The position numbers were made by a program, and so were the translations under genes. Shown in pieces: positions 41,409 through 49,534 of a stretch of 64,000 nt of DNA. Each line of letters starts with the position of its first letter. The stretch's first letter is position 1. Under the pieces are notes generated by a model, which worked only from the letters and a program-made list of their open reading frames with translations, was not told where the DNA came from and did not search any database. The DNA lies in the NCBI GenBank assembly GCA_002331385.1, contig DCYB01000008.1, forward strand, positions 9,100 to 73,099, read 5' to 3'. Source of the stretch: Comamonadaceae bacterium UBA2121 (lineage in GTDB: Bacteria; Pseudomonadota; Gammaproteobacteria; Burkholderiales; Burkholderiaceae_C).

Positions 41409-42029
41409 TCAGACCATGTTGAGCATATCGCCCAAGTGCTTGCGTACGACCATGTCCACCTGCGCCTGGAGCGCAGACATTTCATCCGAGAGTTCCTGCG
41501 CCTTCGTCTCGGGCATTGAGACTCCCGTGTGTTGCGTCAGATTGAGTAATTGGTCAAACATCGCATTGTGCAAGTTCAACAGAATGACCGCTTCATCGCT
41601 TCCAATGAATGGTGCCGCGTGCCTAATTGCATGCTGAATTTCTACACCTTGCGTCGTAAATTCTTTGACACGGTGTAACTGCGCTTCAGACGAAAGTGAG
41701 TGGCTATTCGTCACAAAACTGGCAAAAACAATCCCCACACCTGTGGTCAATTCATGCAATCGTCGAATCGCGTCAAACTGCATGTTTGCCAAGTTGAGCG
41801 CCATTGATTTTTTCACGTCCTGACTGACCTTCATCGCCTCCGCTTGAGCAATCAGCACTGTTTTGTAGCTCTCCAAATCGCGCTGGTGCTGGGCCTTGAT
41901 CGCTTCAATATCCTTGTTCAGCCAATGCGCGATTTGCGCCTTACCAAGCCAAGCGACGACTGCCAGCAGCGCGGCAGAACCCGCGCTACTCGCAACCACT
42001 GTCCACACAAAATCCCATCCGTTTTGCAT
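41409..42029 (-). CDS. Orphan protein with N-terminal TM helix and coiled coil
   Basis: AAGGAG RBS; hydrophobic N-terminus; visibly more AT-rich than the flanks. Confidence 0.75.
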   Translation of the reverse strand: MQNGWDFVWTVVASSAGSAALLAVVAWLGKAQIAHWLNKDIEAIKAQHQRDLESYKTVLIAQAEAMKVSQDVKKSMALNLANMQFDAIRRLHELTTGVGIVFASFVTNSHSLSSEAQLHRVKEFTTQGVEIQHAIRHAAPFIGSDEAVILLNLHNAMFDQLLNLTQHTGVSMPETKAQELSDEMSALQAQVDMVVRKHLGDMLNMV

Positions 42030-42091
42030 CTCCTTCCCTCCTTGAGCTTCGAGCTTACCCGCAACCGTTCCGGCAACTCATCATTTTTCGC

Positions 42092-42175
42092 GGGGACAGT
42101 GGGGACGACCGGAGGCGCTAGTGTCCATGCGGGTTTGCGGCGTCCCCACTTTCTTTTGAGGACGGGGACAGTGGG
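42092..42175. repeat. GGGGACAGTGGG repeats, possible mobile-element origin relic
   Basis: Direct copies at 42092-42103 and 42164-42175; inverted GTCCCCACT at 42142-42150. Confidence 0.5.
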
Positions 42176-42274
42176 AATAAAATCAAATGAACGTGCAAAA
42201 CATAGCATGTACGTTTGAGTCATCCGTATACGGGCATGTCCGCATTTTGGCGACGCCATGTTCCAGAACGGCCA

Positions 42275-43042
42275 TTACCTTTCCAGCAATCGATAACACA
42301 CCCCATCACACAAGCGGATTCCCGTTTGATTGATCAACGCAGTTCGCTCCACTGGGACTTCGCTGCACAACGAAAGCACGAATGCGCCCGGCTTATCTGT
42401 GGGGGATGTCCATAAGCACACATTTCCACGCAGCGTCCCTGGCTGCGATAAGGCGTGCTCGGGCGCGCACTCTAGATGTCGGATGGCGGCGAAATCGACG
42501 CCCTTGCCGGTCTGTTTGAACCACGATTCTTTCATGCACCACAGTTGCGTCAGGTACGTCTCCTGCGCTGGGATGCTGTCGAGCGCAAGCAGGTGATCCC
42601 GCTCTCTGGCCGAGCAGATGATGTTTGCGCGTTCTTGCACGCTGGAGCGGTGTTTTCTTCGCCCCGCGGCTTCGACATCGATTCCCACGGCGTGATTGGC
42701 GACGGCGCAAGCGATGTAGGGGCCACTGTGGGAGAGCGACAGGTACGGTGGCCTTGCGTACTCTGTGGTGGGACTGCATGGACGTGAGCGCACGGTGGGT
42801 GCGGCGCCATCAGGGGCATCGAGCGTCCACTGAGCGACGCTGGCCGCATGCTGGCGCGCGAGCAACAGTCGCAGGGCGTAGCGGCAGGCGATGAATTGCT
42901 GCTGCCGAGCCGGTGAGCGCATGGTGCTCAGACGGGCTTGTTCGGATGCGCTGAGCCAGCGGGAGTACTGCGCTGCTTGCGCAGCCTCCCACATGGCTGA
43001 TTGCGTTGTCAGCAGCAGCTCGACAACGCCTGCTTCACGCAT
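42275..43042 (-). CDS. 4'-phosphopantetheinyl transferase (Sfp-type)
   Basis: LSLSHSG, VGIDVE, WCMKESWFKQTGKG. Confidence 0.85.
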   Translation of the reverse strand: MREAGVVELLLTTQSAMWEAAQAAQYSRWLSASEQARLSTMRSPARQQQFIACRYALRLLLARQHAASVAQWTLDAPDGAAPTVRSRPCSPTTEYARPPYLSLSHSGPYIACAVANHAVGIDVEAAGRRKHRSSVQERANIICSARERDHLLALDSIPAQETYLTQLWCMKESWFKQTGKGVDFAAIRHLECAPEHALSQPGTLRGNVCLWTSPTDKPGAFVLSLCSEVPVERTALINQTGIRLCDGVCYRLLER

Positions 43043-43050
43043 GGATGGAC

Positions 43051-43491
43051 TTACCTGGTCTTGGCGTAGGTGCCCTTGAGCGTCACCCCGACGACGACGG
43101 CTCCGGCGCGGCATTCGTATTCATGGGCGTTCTTGACGGGCACTTTCTTGTAGAAGCTGTGCAGATCCACCACCGCGTTGGCACCCTTTTGCTTGGCACT
43201 GTCCTGGAAGGCGATAAGCGCCGACAAGGCCGCCCACTTGCAGGCGGTCTGGTCGTCCTTGCCCACGCCGTTCGTCTTCTTGTTGGACACGTCTTCGCCC
43301 AAACGCGCGTTCACGGCGGGGGTGCGTGCGCCCGACATGTAGAACTTCACGCTGCCGTCGAGTTTGCCGTCCGCCATGCCCATCTGGATGACTTCTTCAA
43401 TGGGCAGCATCAGCGAGTCATTGCGTGCTTGCGCGGTTCCCAGCGCAGTCAGCGCCAGCAGGGCAATCAGGGTTTTCTTGTTGAGTGACAT
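43051..43491 (-). CDS. Exported small protein of the type found in APE clusters
   Basis: Signal peptide; SNKKTNGVGKDDQTACKWAALSAL; GANAVV; YECRAG. Confidence 0.75.
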   Translation of the reverse strand: MSLNKKTLIALLALTALGTAQARNDSLMLPIEEVIQMGMADGKLDGSVKFYMSGARTPAVNARLGEDVSNKKTNGVGKDDQTACKWAALSALIAFQDSAKQKGANAVVDLHSFYKKVPVKNAHEYECRAGAVVVGVTLKGTYAKTR

Positions 43492-43950
43492 TCAGGTTCT
43501 CCTTCGGTTGTGTGGATGGGTTCGCCGCCTTGGGCGCAGGGGCCAGGGGATTGCCGATGCGCTTGGTCAGGTTGCGAATCCAGCGGTTGTAGTTGGGGTG
43601 AATCTGCCGCACGCCATCGCGCTCGCCAAAATTCAGATTCGTGCTGTGCAGATAGTTGATGTCGTAGCCGGTGATGTCATACAGCACCTCGATGCTCACC
43701 TGATGCTTGCCCTGCTTGTCGTAATGCAGTTCGATGCGACCCGGCTCGTCCTTCACCACCTGCCAGTCCAGACCCAGCGCGGCGCGCACGATCTGGCTGC
43801 GCGCTTGTGCCAGGGTGATGGCGTCGCCGCCTTCGGTCACGAAGATCACTCTGGGCGCATCGAACAACTCCGTCTGCCTTGCCAGGGCTGCGCCTGAACC
43901 TGTCATCAATGCGAACGCCAGTGCCATCGCGGCATAGCTGGATCGGGGCA
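43418..43950 (-). CDS. Exported hypothetical protein (start approximate)
   Basis: Signal peptide; IHPNYNRWIRNL; C-terminus overlaps the next gene by 74 bp. Track ORF runs 43418-43984. Confidence 0.65.
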
Positions 43951-44000
43951 TGCTTTTTGTGTGCTTCAATGTTTCCTCCCTCACGATAAATACTCCTGCC

Positions 44001-45242
44001 TTACCAGCGTCTGAAGATCAACGACGTGTTGATGCCGCCAAACGCAAAATTGTTTGTCATGACCAGATCGGTCGATACGGCACGAGGCGCGCCCATGATG
44101 AAGTCCAGCGGCGCGCAGCGCGGGTCCACCTCGGTGAGGTTGGCGTTGGCGGCAAACATGCCGTCGCGCTGCATTTCCAGCGTCATCCATGTCTCCAGCG
44201 CGCCGCATGCTCCCAGCGTGTGCCCCATGTAACCCTTGAGCGTGCTGACAGGGACGCGATCGCCGAACACCTCGTAGGTGGCGGCAGATTCGGCAATGTC
44301 GCCCTGCTCCGTCGCCGTTCCATGCGCATTCACGTAACCGATGTCGGCAGCCTGCACGCCTGCATCCTCAAGCGCCAAAAGCATGGCCTGCGCCATGGTG
44401 TCGGGATTGGGATGGGTCACGTGCGTGCCATCGCAGTTCGTGCCCCAACCGATGAGCTCGGCGATGATGTGGGCACCGCGCGCCTTGGCGTGCTCCAGCT
44501 CTTCCAGCACCAGGGTGCAAGCGCCCTCACCCAGCACCAGGCCATCACGCGCCGCATCGAACGGGCGCGGAGTGAGTTCCGGCGTATCGTTCTTCACGCT
44601 CGTGGCGAACAAAGTGTCGAACACCGCCGCCTGCGTGGCATCGAGCTCTTCGGCACCGCCCGCCAGCATGGCGACTTGCTTGCCGCTCTGGATGGCTTCG
44701 AACGCGTAGCCAATGCCCTGGCTGCCCGATGTGCAGGCGCTGGACGTAGTGATCACGCGCCCCGTCAAACCGAAGAACACGCCGATGTTGACCGCCGCTG
44801 TGTGCGACATCATCTTGATGTAGGTGTTCGCGTTGATGCCTTCGGTATTGCGGTCGGCAATCATGCGTCCGAAATCGCCGATGGCAGCGGGCGTGCCAGC
44901 AGATGAGCCATACGCCACGCCCATCTTGCCGCTGGTGACCAATGGATCGCCCAGCAGACCGGCATGCTCCAGCGCTTTTTCACTGGCGCGTGTCGCCATG
45001 ACGGCCACACGCCCCATGCTGCGCATGGTCTTGCGGTTGTAGTGTGCAGGCAGTTCAAATGGCGGCACGGTGCAGCCCACCTGGGTGCTCAGGCCTTCGA
45101 TGTCTTTCCATTCGTCCATGGCGCGAATGACGTTGCGGCCACTGTCCAGTTGCGCACGGACGGCGGCCCAATCGTGCCCCAGCGGACTCAGCGCACCAAT
45201 GCCCGTGACCACCACCCTGCGTCGTTGGTTCATGTTGCTCAT
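44001..45242 (-). CDS. Beta-ketoacyl-ACP synthase (ApeR/FabF-like)
   Basis: SACTSG, NAHGTAT, KGYMGHTLGA, NNFAFGG. Confidence 0.92.
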   Translation of the reverse strand: MSNMNQRRRVVVTGIGALSPLGHDWAAVRAQLDSGRNVIRAMDEWKDIEGLSTQVGCTVPPFELPAHYNRKTMRSMGRVAVMATRASEKALEHAGLLGDPLVTSGKMGVAYGSSAGTPAAIGDFGRMIADRNTEGINANTYIKMMSHTAAVNIGVFFGLTGRVITTSSACTSGSQGIGYAFEAIQSGKQVAMLAGGAEELDATQAAVFDTLFATSVKNDTPELTPRPFDAARDGLVLGEGACTLVLEELEHAKARGAHIIAELIGWGTNCDGTHVTHPNPDTMAQAMLLALEDAGVQAADIGYVNAHGTATEQGDIAESAATYEVFGDRVPVSTLKGYMGHTLGACGALETWMTLEMQRDGMFAANANLTEVDPRCAPLDFIMGAPRAVSTDLVMTNNFAFGGINTSLIFRRW

Positions 45243-45994
45243 CCGGTCATGCCTCCGTTGACTGAAATGACCTGTCGGGTCACGTAAGACGCTTCTGGCC
45301 CCAGCAAAAACGCCACGACCGATGCCACCTCATCGGCAGAGCCCATGCGGCGCATTGGAATCAGGTCCAGCGCGTGCGCGAGGACTTCTTCGCTCACCAT
45401 CTCGGTGTCGATCAATCCCGGTGCAACACAGTTGACCGTGATGTGCCGCTTGGCCAGTTCAATGGCGAGCGACTTGGTGGCGGCAATCACCCCCGCCTTG
45501 GCGGCGCTGTAATTGGTCTGACCACGGTTACCCATGAGCGCCGACACCGACGCCAACGTGACGATGCGCCCCGGCTTGCGCCGTTGCACCATGGGCATGA
45601 CGACTGGATGCAGCACGTTGTAGAACGCATCGAGATTGGTGTGCACCACGGCGTCCCACTCTTCGCCCGACATGGCGGGAAAGGCGTTGTTGCGTGCGAT
45701 GCCCGCATTGCACACCACGCCGTAATACGCGCCATGGCGTTCCATATCGGCCTGCAAAGCCTGCGCGCAGACGGCCCGATCGGCAACATCAAACTGCAGC
45801 ACGCGCGCGCTGCGCCCCATCGCGGCGATGTCGGCAGCGACGGCATTGGCCTGCTCGATGCCCGAGCGGCAATGCACGACGATGTCGAAGCCGTCGCGCG
45901 CCAGCCGCAGCGCAATGGCGCGCCCGATTCCTCGACTCGATCCGGTCACCAGCACCGTGTGACGGGCGGTCGTTTCATTCATGGTGGTTGTCAT
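45239..45994 (-). CDS. 3-oxoacyl-ACP reductase (ApeQ/FabG-like)
   Basis: TGSSRGIG, CNAGI, YSAAK. Confidence 0.92.
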   Translation of the reverse strand: MTTTMNETTARHTVLVTGSSRGIGRAIALRLARDGFDIVVHCRSGIEQANAVAADIAAMGRSARVLQFDVADRAVCAQALQADMERHGAYYGVVCNAGIARNNAFPAMSGEEWDAVVHTNLDAFYNVLHPVVMPMVQRRKPGRIVTLASVSALMGNRGQTNYSAAKAGVIAATKSLAIELAKRHITVNCVAPGLIDTEMVSEEVLAHALDLIPMRRMGSADEVASVVAFLLGPEASYVTRQVISVNGGMTG

Positions 45995-46463
45995 TTTCCT
46001 GATTCTTCAAAGCGGCCACATAGGCACTTCCATCCTCCGGCTCAAAGACCGAAACGCGCGCTGTCGCCAAAGGCGGACCAACCGGCCTTGCGACGCTGCA
46101 ATCAAACATGCCCAGCCCGTTATCCCCCATCAGTTCGCAATGCACGCGCACCTCCAGCAGGTCGTCAGGGGCAAAAAAATCCACCGTCGATTGAAAACTG
46201 CGCGTACCCAGCAGAAAGCCAAGCTTCACCTGGTTGCCCGCTGACAGGGCTCGCCACCCTGCCCACGCGGCCACGGTCTGCGCCATGTATTCCAGCCCCA
46301 CCCAGACCGGCATGCCCCCGTCCTGCAGGAACAGTCCATCGCGCGGCACCCTCACCTGCGCCACGGCGCCGTCCTCACTGGCTTCCAGCAAACGGTCCAG
46401 CAACAGCATGGCGCCACGGTGCGGCACATAGTTTTCGATGGGGAGAAATCCGTTGTCTTGCAT
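45975..46463 (-). CDS. Hotdog-fold dehydratase (ApeP-like)
   Basis: VPHRGAMLLLD, LEYMAQTVAAWAG, LGFLLGTR. Confidence 0.88.
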   Translation of the reverse strand: MQDNGFLPIENYVPHRGAMLLLDRLLEASEDGAVAQVRVPRDGLFLQDGGMPVWVGLEYMAQTVAAWAGWRALSAGNQVKLGFLLGTRSFQSTVDFFAPDDLLEVRVHCELMGDNGLGMFDCSVARPVGPPLATARVSVFEPEDGSAYVAALKNQENDNHHE

Positions 46464-46468
46464 GATGT

Positions 46469-47665
46469 TCACGCGGCGCTTTCCAACAGCAGCGTGCAAT
46501 TACTGCCACCAAATGCAAAGGAGTTGCTGAGCACCGTGCGCACCGGTCTACCGAGCGCCTGCCCAGGTGCGACCGGATGGACCGCCGCCAGCGCCGGGTC
46601 CATTACGCCGTCCCACCAATGGGCGGGCAGCCGTCCTTCGGGGTTATCTTGCAGTACGTGCCACGCGACTGCCGCCTCCAGCGCTCCCGCCGCAGCCAAG
46701 GTATGGCCGGTCAAAGGTTTGGTGGAACTGACGGGCGTTTGCCCGCCCAGCAAGGCATGCACGGCCAGGCATTCCATGGCGTCGTTGTGCGCCGTAGCCG
46801 TTCCGTGCAGGTTGACGTAGTCCACCTGATCTGCACGCATGCCCGCCCGATCCAGGGCCTGTTGCATCGCTATGCGCGCGCCGCGTCCGGTGGGGTCGGG
46901 GGCCGACATGTGGTGCGCATCCTGCGTTTCGCCCCAGCCCGCAAGCCGCACGGGTCCCGCCTCCCTGCCAAGCAGGAAAAACGCCGCGCCCTCACCCAGA
47001 TTGATACCTTTGCGGTGCTCCGACAGCGGATTGCAGCGCTCTGCCGAAACTGCTTCGAGCGCGCTGAAGCCGGCCACGGTAAAGCGGCTGAGTGCATCCA
47101 CGCCGCCCGCCACCACCGCATCCACCATGCCACTGCGCAGCAGGCGCGCGGCCGATGCAAGGGCCTTGGCGCCCGACGAGCATGCCGTGGAGATGGTGTG
47201 CGCCGGGCCCCGGATGCCCAGAGCGGCGCTGGCAAATGCCGCCACATCGCCCAGCTCCTGCACGCCATAGTCAAACCCGAGCGGGAAGGAACCAGACGCA
47301 CGCAACTGGCGCGCAGCGGCCTCGCCTTCGTCCAGCCCGGCGGTACTTGTGCCGACGATCAACGCGACGCGCTGGGGCCCAAACCGCTCTACCGCAGCCT
47401 GCACATGCGCACGCAACGGCCATAGCGCAGCCCACGCCATGGCGTTGTTGCGCGAGCGCTGCCATGCGGGCGCGAAATCGATGGAGGGCAGAGCTGCATC
47501 CTGCGGTAAACAACCCAGCGCGAGCACCCGTCCGGGCGAGTACGCATCGGTCGCACGCAAAGTGTCTGGATCATGCTCAGCAAACAGGTGGCGGCGCATG
47601 TGCTCGGCATCCATGCCCAACGCACTGACGGCGTGCCCTTGCTGAATGAACACCGGCGCGGTCAT
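46469..47665 (-). CDS. Beta-ketoacyl synthase (ApeO-like)
   Basis: STACSSGAKAL, DAHHMSAPDP, NLHGTAT, KPLTGHTL; ATG overlaps the DUF3261 stop. Confidence 0.92.
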   Translation of the reverse strand: MTAPVFIQQGHAVSALGMDAEHMRRHLFAEHDPDTLRATDAYSPGRVLALGCLPQDAALPSIDFAPAWQRSRNNAMAWAALWPLRAHVQAAVERFGPQRVALIVGTSTAGLDEGEAAARQLRASGSFPLGFDYGVQELGDVAAFASAALGIRGPAHTISTACSSGAKALASAARLLRSGMVDAVVAGGVDALSRFTVAGFSALEAVSAERCNPLSEHRKGINLGEGAAFFLLGREAGPVRLAGWGETQDAHHMSAPDPTGRGARIAMQQALDRAGMRADQVDYVNLHGTATAHNDAMECLAVHALLGGQTPVSSTKPLTGHTLAAAGALEAAVAWHVLQDNPEGRLPAHWWDGVMDPALAAVHPVAPGQALGRPVRTVLSNSFAFGGSNCTLLLESAA

Positions 47666-48273
47666 GACGCGGACCTTTCCCGCGTGCACAGTTGGCTGCC
47701 CCCGGGCGTGTCCACGCGCAGTGTCCAGCCACCACGTTCGTACACGATCTCGAGTGCATCCGGCGACACAGAACGCACGCGCACATGGGGCGTGCCGTTG
47801 TGCAGCAACACGCGCTCGCCCGAGGCGGCGGCCATCAGTGTCCACGGTGCAGGCAACGCTTTGGCGATGGCGTCCTCTGGCCAGAACGCCAGTTGCAAAT
47901 CGCTGAGCACCTGCTCCGGCTTCAATTGCGCGGGCCACCAGCGCGACAGTTGGGGCTCCAGGTGCGCGCCGTCCCACGACAGCGTGCCCACCATCTGGCC
48001 CATGTTCAACAGCGCCAGTCGCAGCGCGGTGGTATCCACTTCTAACAGCGCATCCAGCTCCCTGGGCGACTCGCCGGGCGGCGTCACGCTCAGGCGTTGC
48101 TGCACGGCCGCCGCACAGCCCAAGGCCGCTGGCGACAACGCCAACCACGGTGCTCCTCCTCGTGCATCCGCCTCTTCCTGCTGACTGGCAGGCAAGGCCG
48201 AGCACCCGAGCACAAGCAACGCCGCGCACGCCGTCATGGCGATCTTCAACGTGTTCGGCGTTGGCAACTTCAC
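47662..48273 (-). CDS. DUF3261 lipoprotein (ApeN-like)
   Basis: Lipobox VLGC; PEQVLSDLQLAFWP. Confidence 0.82.
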   Translation of the reverse strand: MKLPTPNTLKIAMTACAALLVLGCSALPASQQEEADARGGAPWLALSPAALGCAAAVQQRLSVTPPGESPRELDALLEVDTTALRLALLNMGQMVGTLSWDGAHLEPQLSRWWPAQLKPEQVLSDLQLAFWPEDAIAKALPAPWTLMAAASGERVLLHNGTPHVRVRSVSPDALEIVYERGGWTLRVDTPGGSQLCTRERSAS

Positions 48274-49532
48274 GCGCGGGCCTCCCCTGCGGGCTCACGA
48301 CACAGCTCGCGCAGTACGTTCAGGCGGCGCTGCGGCTCGGCCACATACGGGTTGTTCGTGTCCCACGCATAGCCAGCCAGGATCGACGCGATCATGCGGC
48401 GAATTTCCGGCGAATGGCGCTTGCTGAAAATGACGTCCTGAAAGCCACCTTCGTACCAGCCCGCAACGAACGCACGGAAGGTGTTGACGCCCGCCTGCAG
48501 CGGCTCGGCGTAGTCTGTTTGCCAGTTCACGCTCTCGCCATTCCACTCGCGATCAATGCAGGCTGCGGCCAGGCTGGACGATTTGAACGCAATGGTCACG
48601 CCGCTCGAAAACACGGGGTCCAGAAACTCGCCCGCATTGCCCAGCAGCGCGAAATGCTTGCCCCACAGTGATGTCACGTTGGCCGAATATCCGTTGAGCG
48701 AGCGGCCCGGCGTGTCCCACACCGCGTTGCGCAGCACCTTGGTCAGACTGGGCACCTCCGCGATGATGGCGCGCAGCCGCTCCACTTCCGTGCCTTGGTA
48801 TTGCGCCAGATATTCCGGCGTTCCGACCACCCCTTGCGAGCAGCGTCCGTTGGAAAAAGGAATGGTCCAGAACCATACATCGTGATGGTCCGGATGCACG
48901 GTGATGAGAATCTTCTGGCGGTCCATGTCGGCCAGATCGATGTGATCTTCGATGTGCGTGAACAGTGCGCCGCGCACCGGAAAATCGGATGGCCGCTCCA
49001 GATCCAGCATGCGCGGCAAGATGCGCGCAAAGCCACTCGCATCCAGCAGGTGCCGTGCTCGCACGCTGTATTCATGTCCATCGGGATGGCGCACGCGCAC
49101 GACCGGCGCTTCGCCAGCCACGTCCACTGCCGTGACCGTATGGCGATAGCGGATCTCCGCGCCGGCCTTTTCTGCGGCATCGGCCAGCACCTTGTCGAAG
49201 TTGGCACGCTGCACCTGATAGGTCGTTCCCCAGCCCGGCGAGAACTTGTCGCGGAAGTCGAAGTCCGAGCGCTCGTCCCCTTTCGCAAACGCTGCGCCGT
49301 TCTTGTGCTGGAAGCCGGCTTCGATCACGTCGCGCAGCATTCCGGCCTCTTCGAGGTATTGCATGCTTTGCGGCAGCAAGCTCTCGCCAATCGAAAAGCG
49401 CGGAAAGGTTTCCTTCTCCAGGATCATCACCTTGCGCCCTTGCTTGCGCAGCAGGCCTGCCGCGACCGCGCCAGATGGTCCTGCGCCGATGATGAGCACC
49501 TCTGTGTTTTCCACGGTGTGAATTCCCTGCAT
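48270..49532 (-). CDS. FAD-dependent oxidoreductase, flavin-dependent halogenase type
   Basis: GAGPSG, RFSIGESLLP, FQHKNGA (K77), WFWTIP, FLDPVFSSG. Confidence 0.82.
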   Translation of the reverse strand: MQGIHTVENTEVLIIGAGPSGAVAAGLLRKQGRKVMILEKETFPRFSIGESLLPQSMQYLEEAGMLRDVIEAGFQHKNGAAFAKGDERSDFDFRDKFSPGWGTTYQVQRANFDKVLADAAEKAGAEIRYRHTVTAVDVAGEAPVVRVRHPDGHEYSVRARHLLDASGFARILPRMLDLERPSDFPVRGALFTHIEDHIDLADMDRQKILITVHPDHHDVWFWTIPFSNGRCSQGVVGTPEYLAQYQGTEVERLRAIIAEVPSLTKVLRNAVWDTPGRSLNGYSANVTSLWGKHFALLGNAGEFLDPVFSSGVTIAFKSSSLAAACIDREWNGESVNWQTDYAEPLQAGVNTFRAFVAGWYEGGFQDVIFSKRHSPEIRRMIASILAGYAWDTNNPYVAEPQRRLNVLRELCREPAGEARA

Positions 49533-49534
49533 GA

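Noticed and set aside
41918..42259. 113-aa ORF with PTVP repeats
   Set aside because: It is a translation of the GGGGACAGTGGG DNA repeats and overlaps the orphan gene; it was treated as a DNA-level relic.
43051..43491. Excinuclease subunit, a label often given to this family
   Set aside because: It has a signal peptide and no Walker or nuclease motifs.
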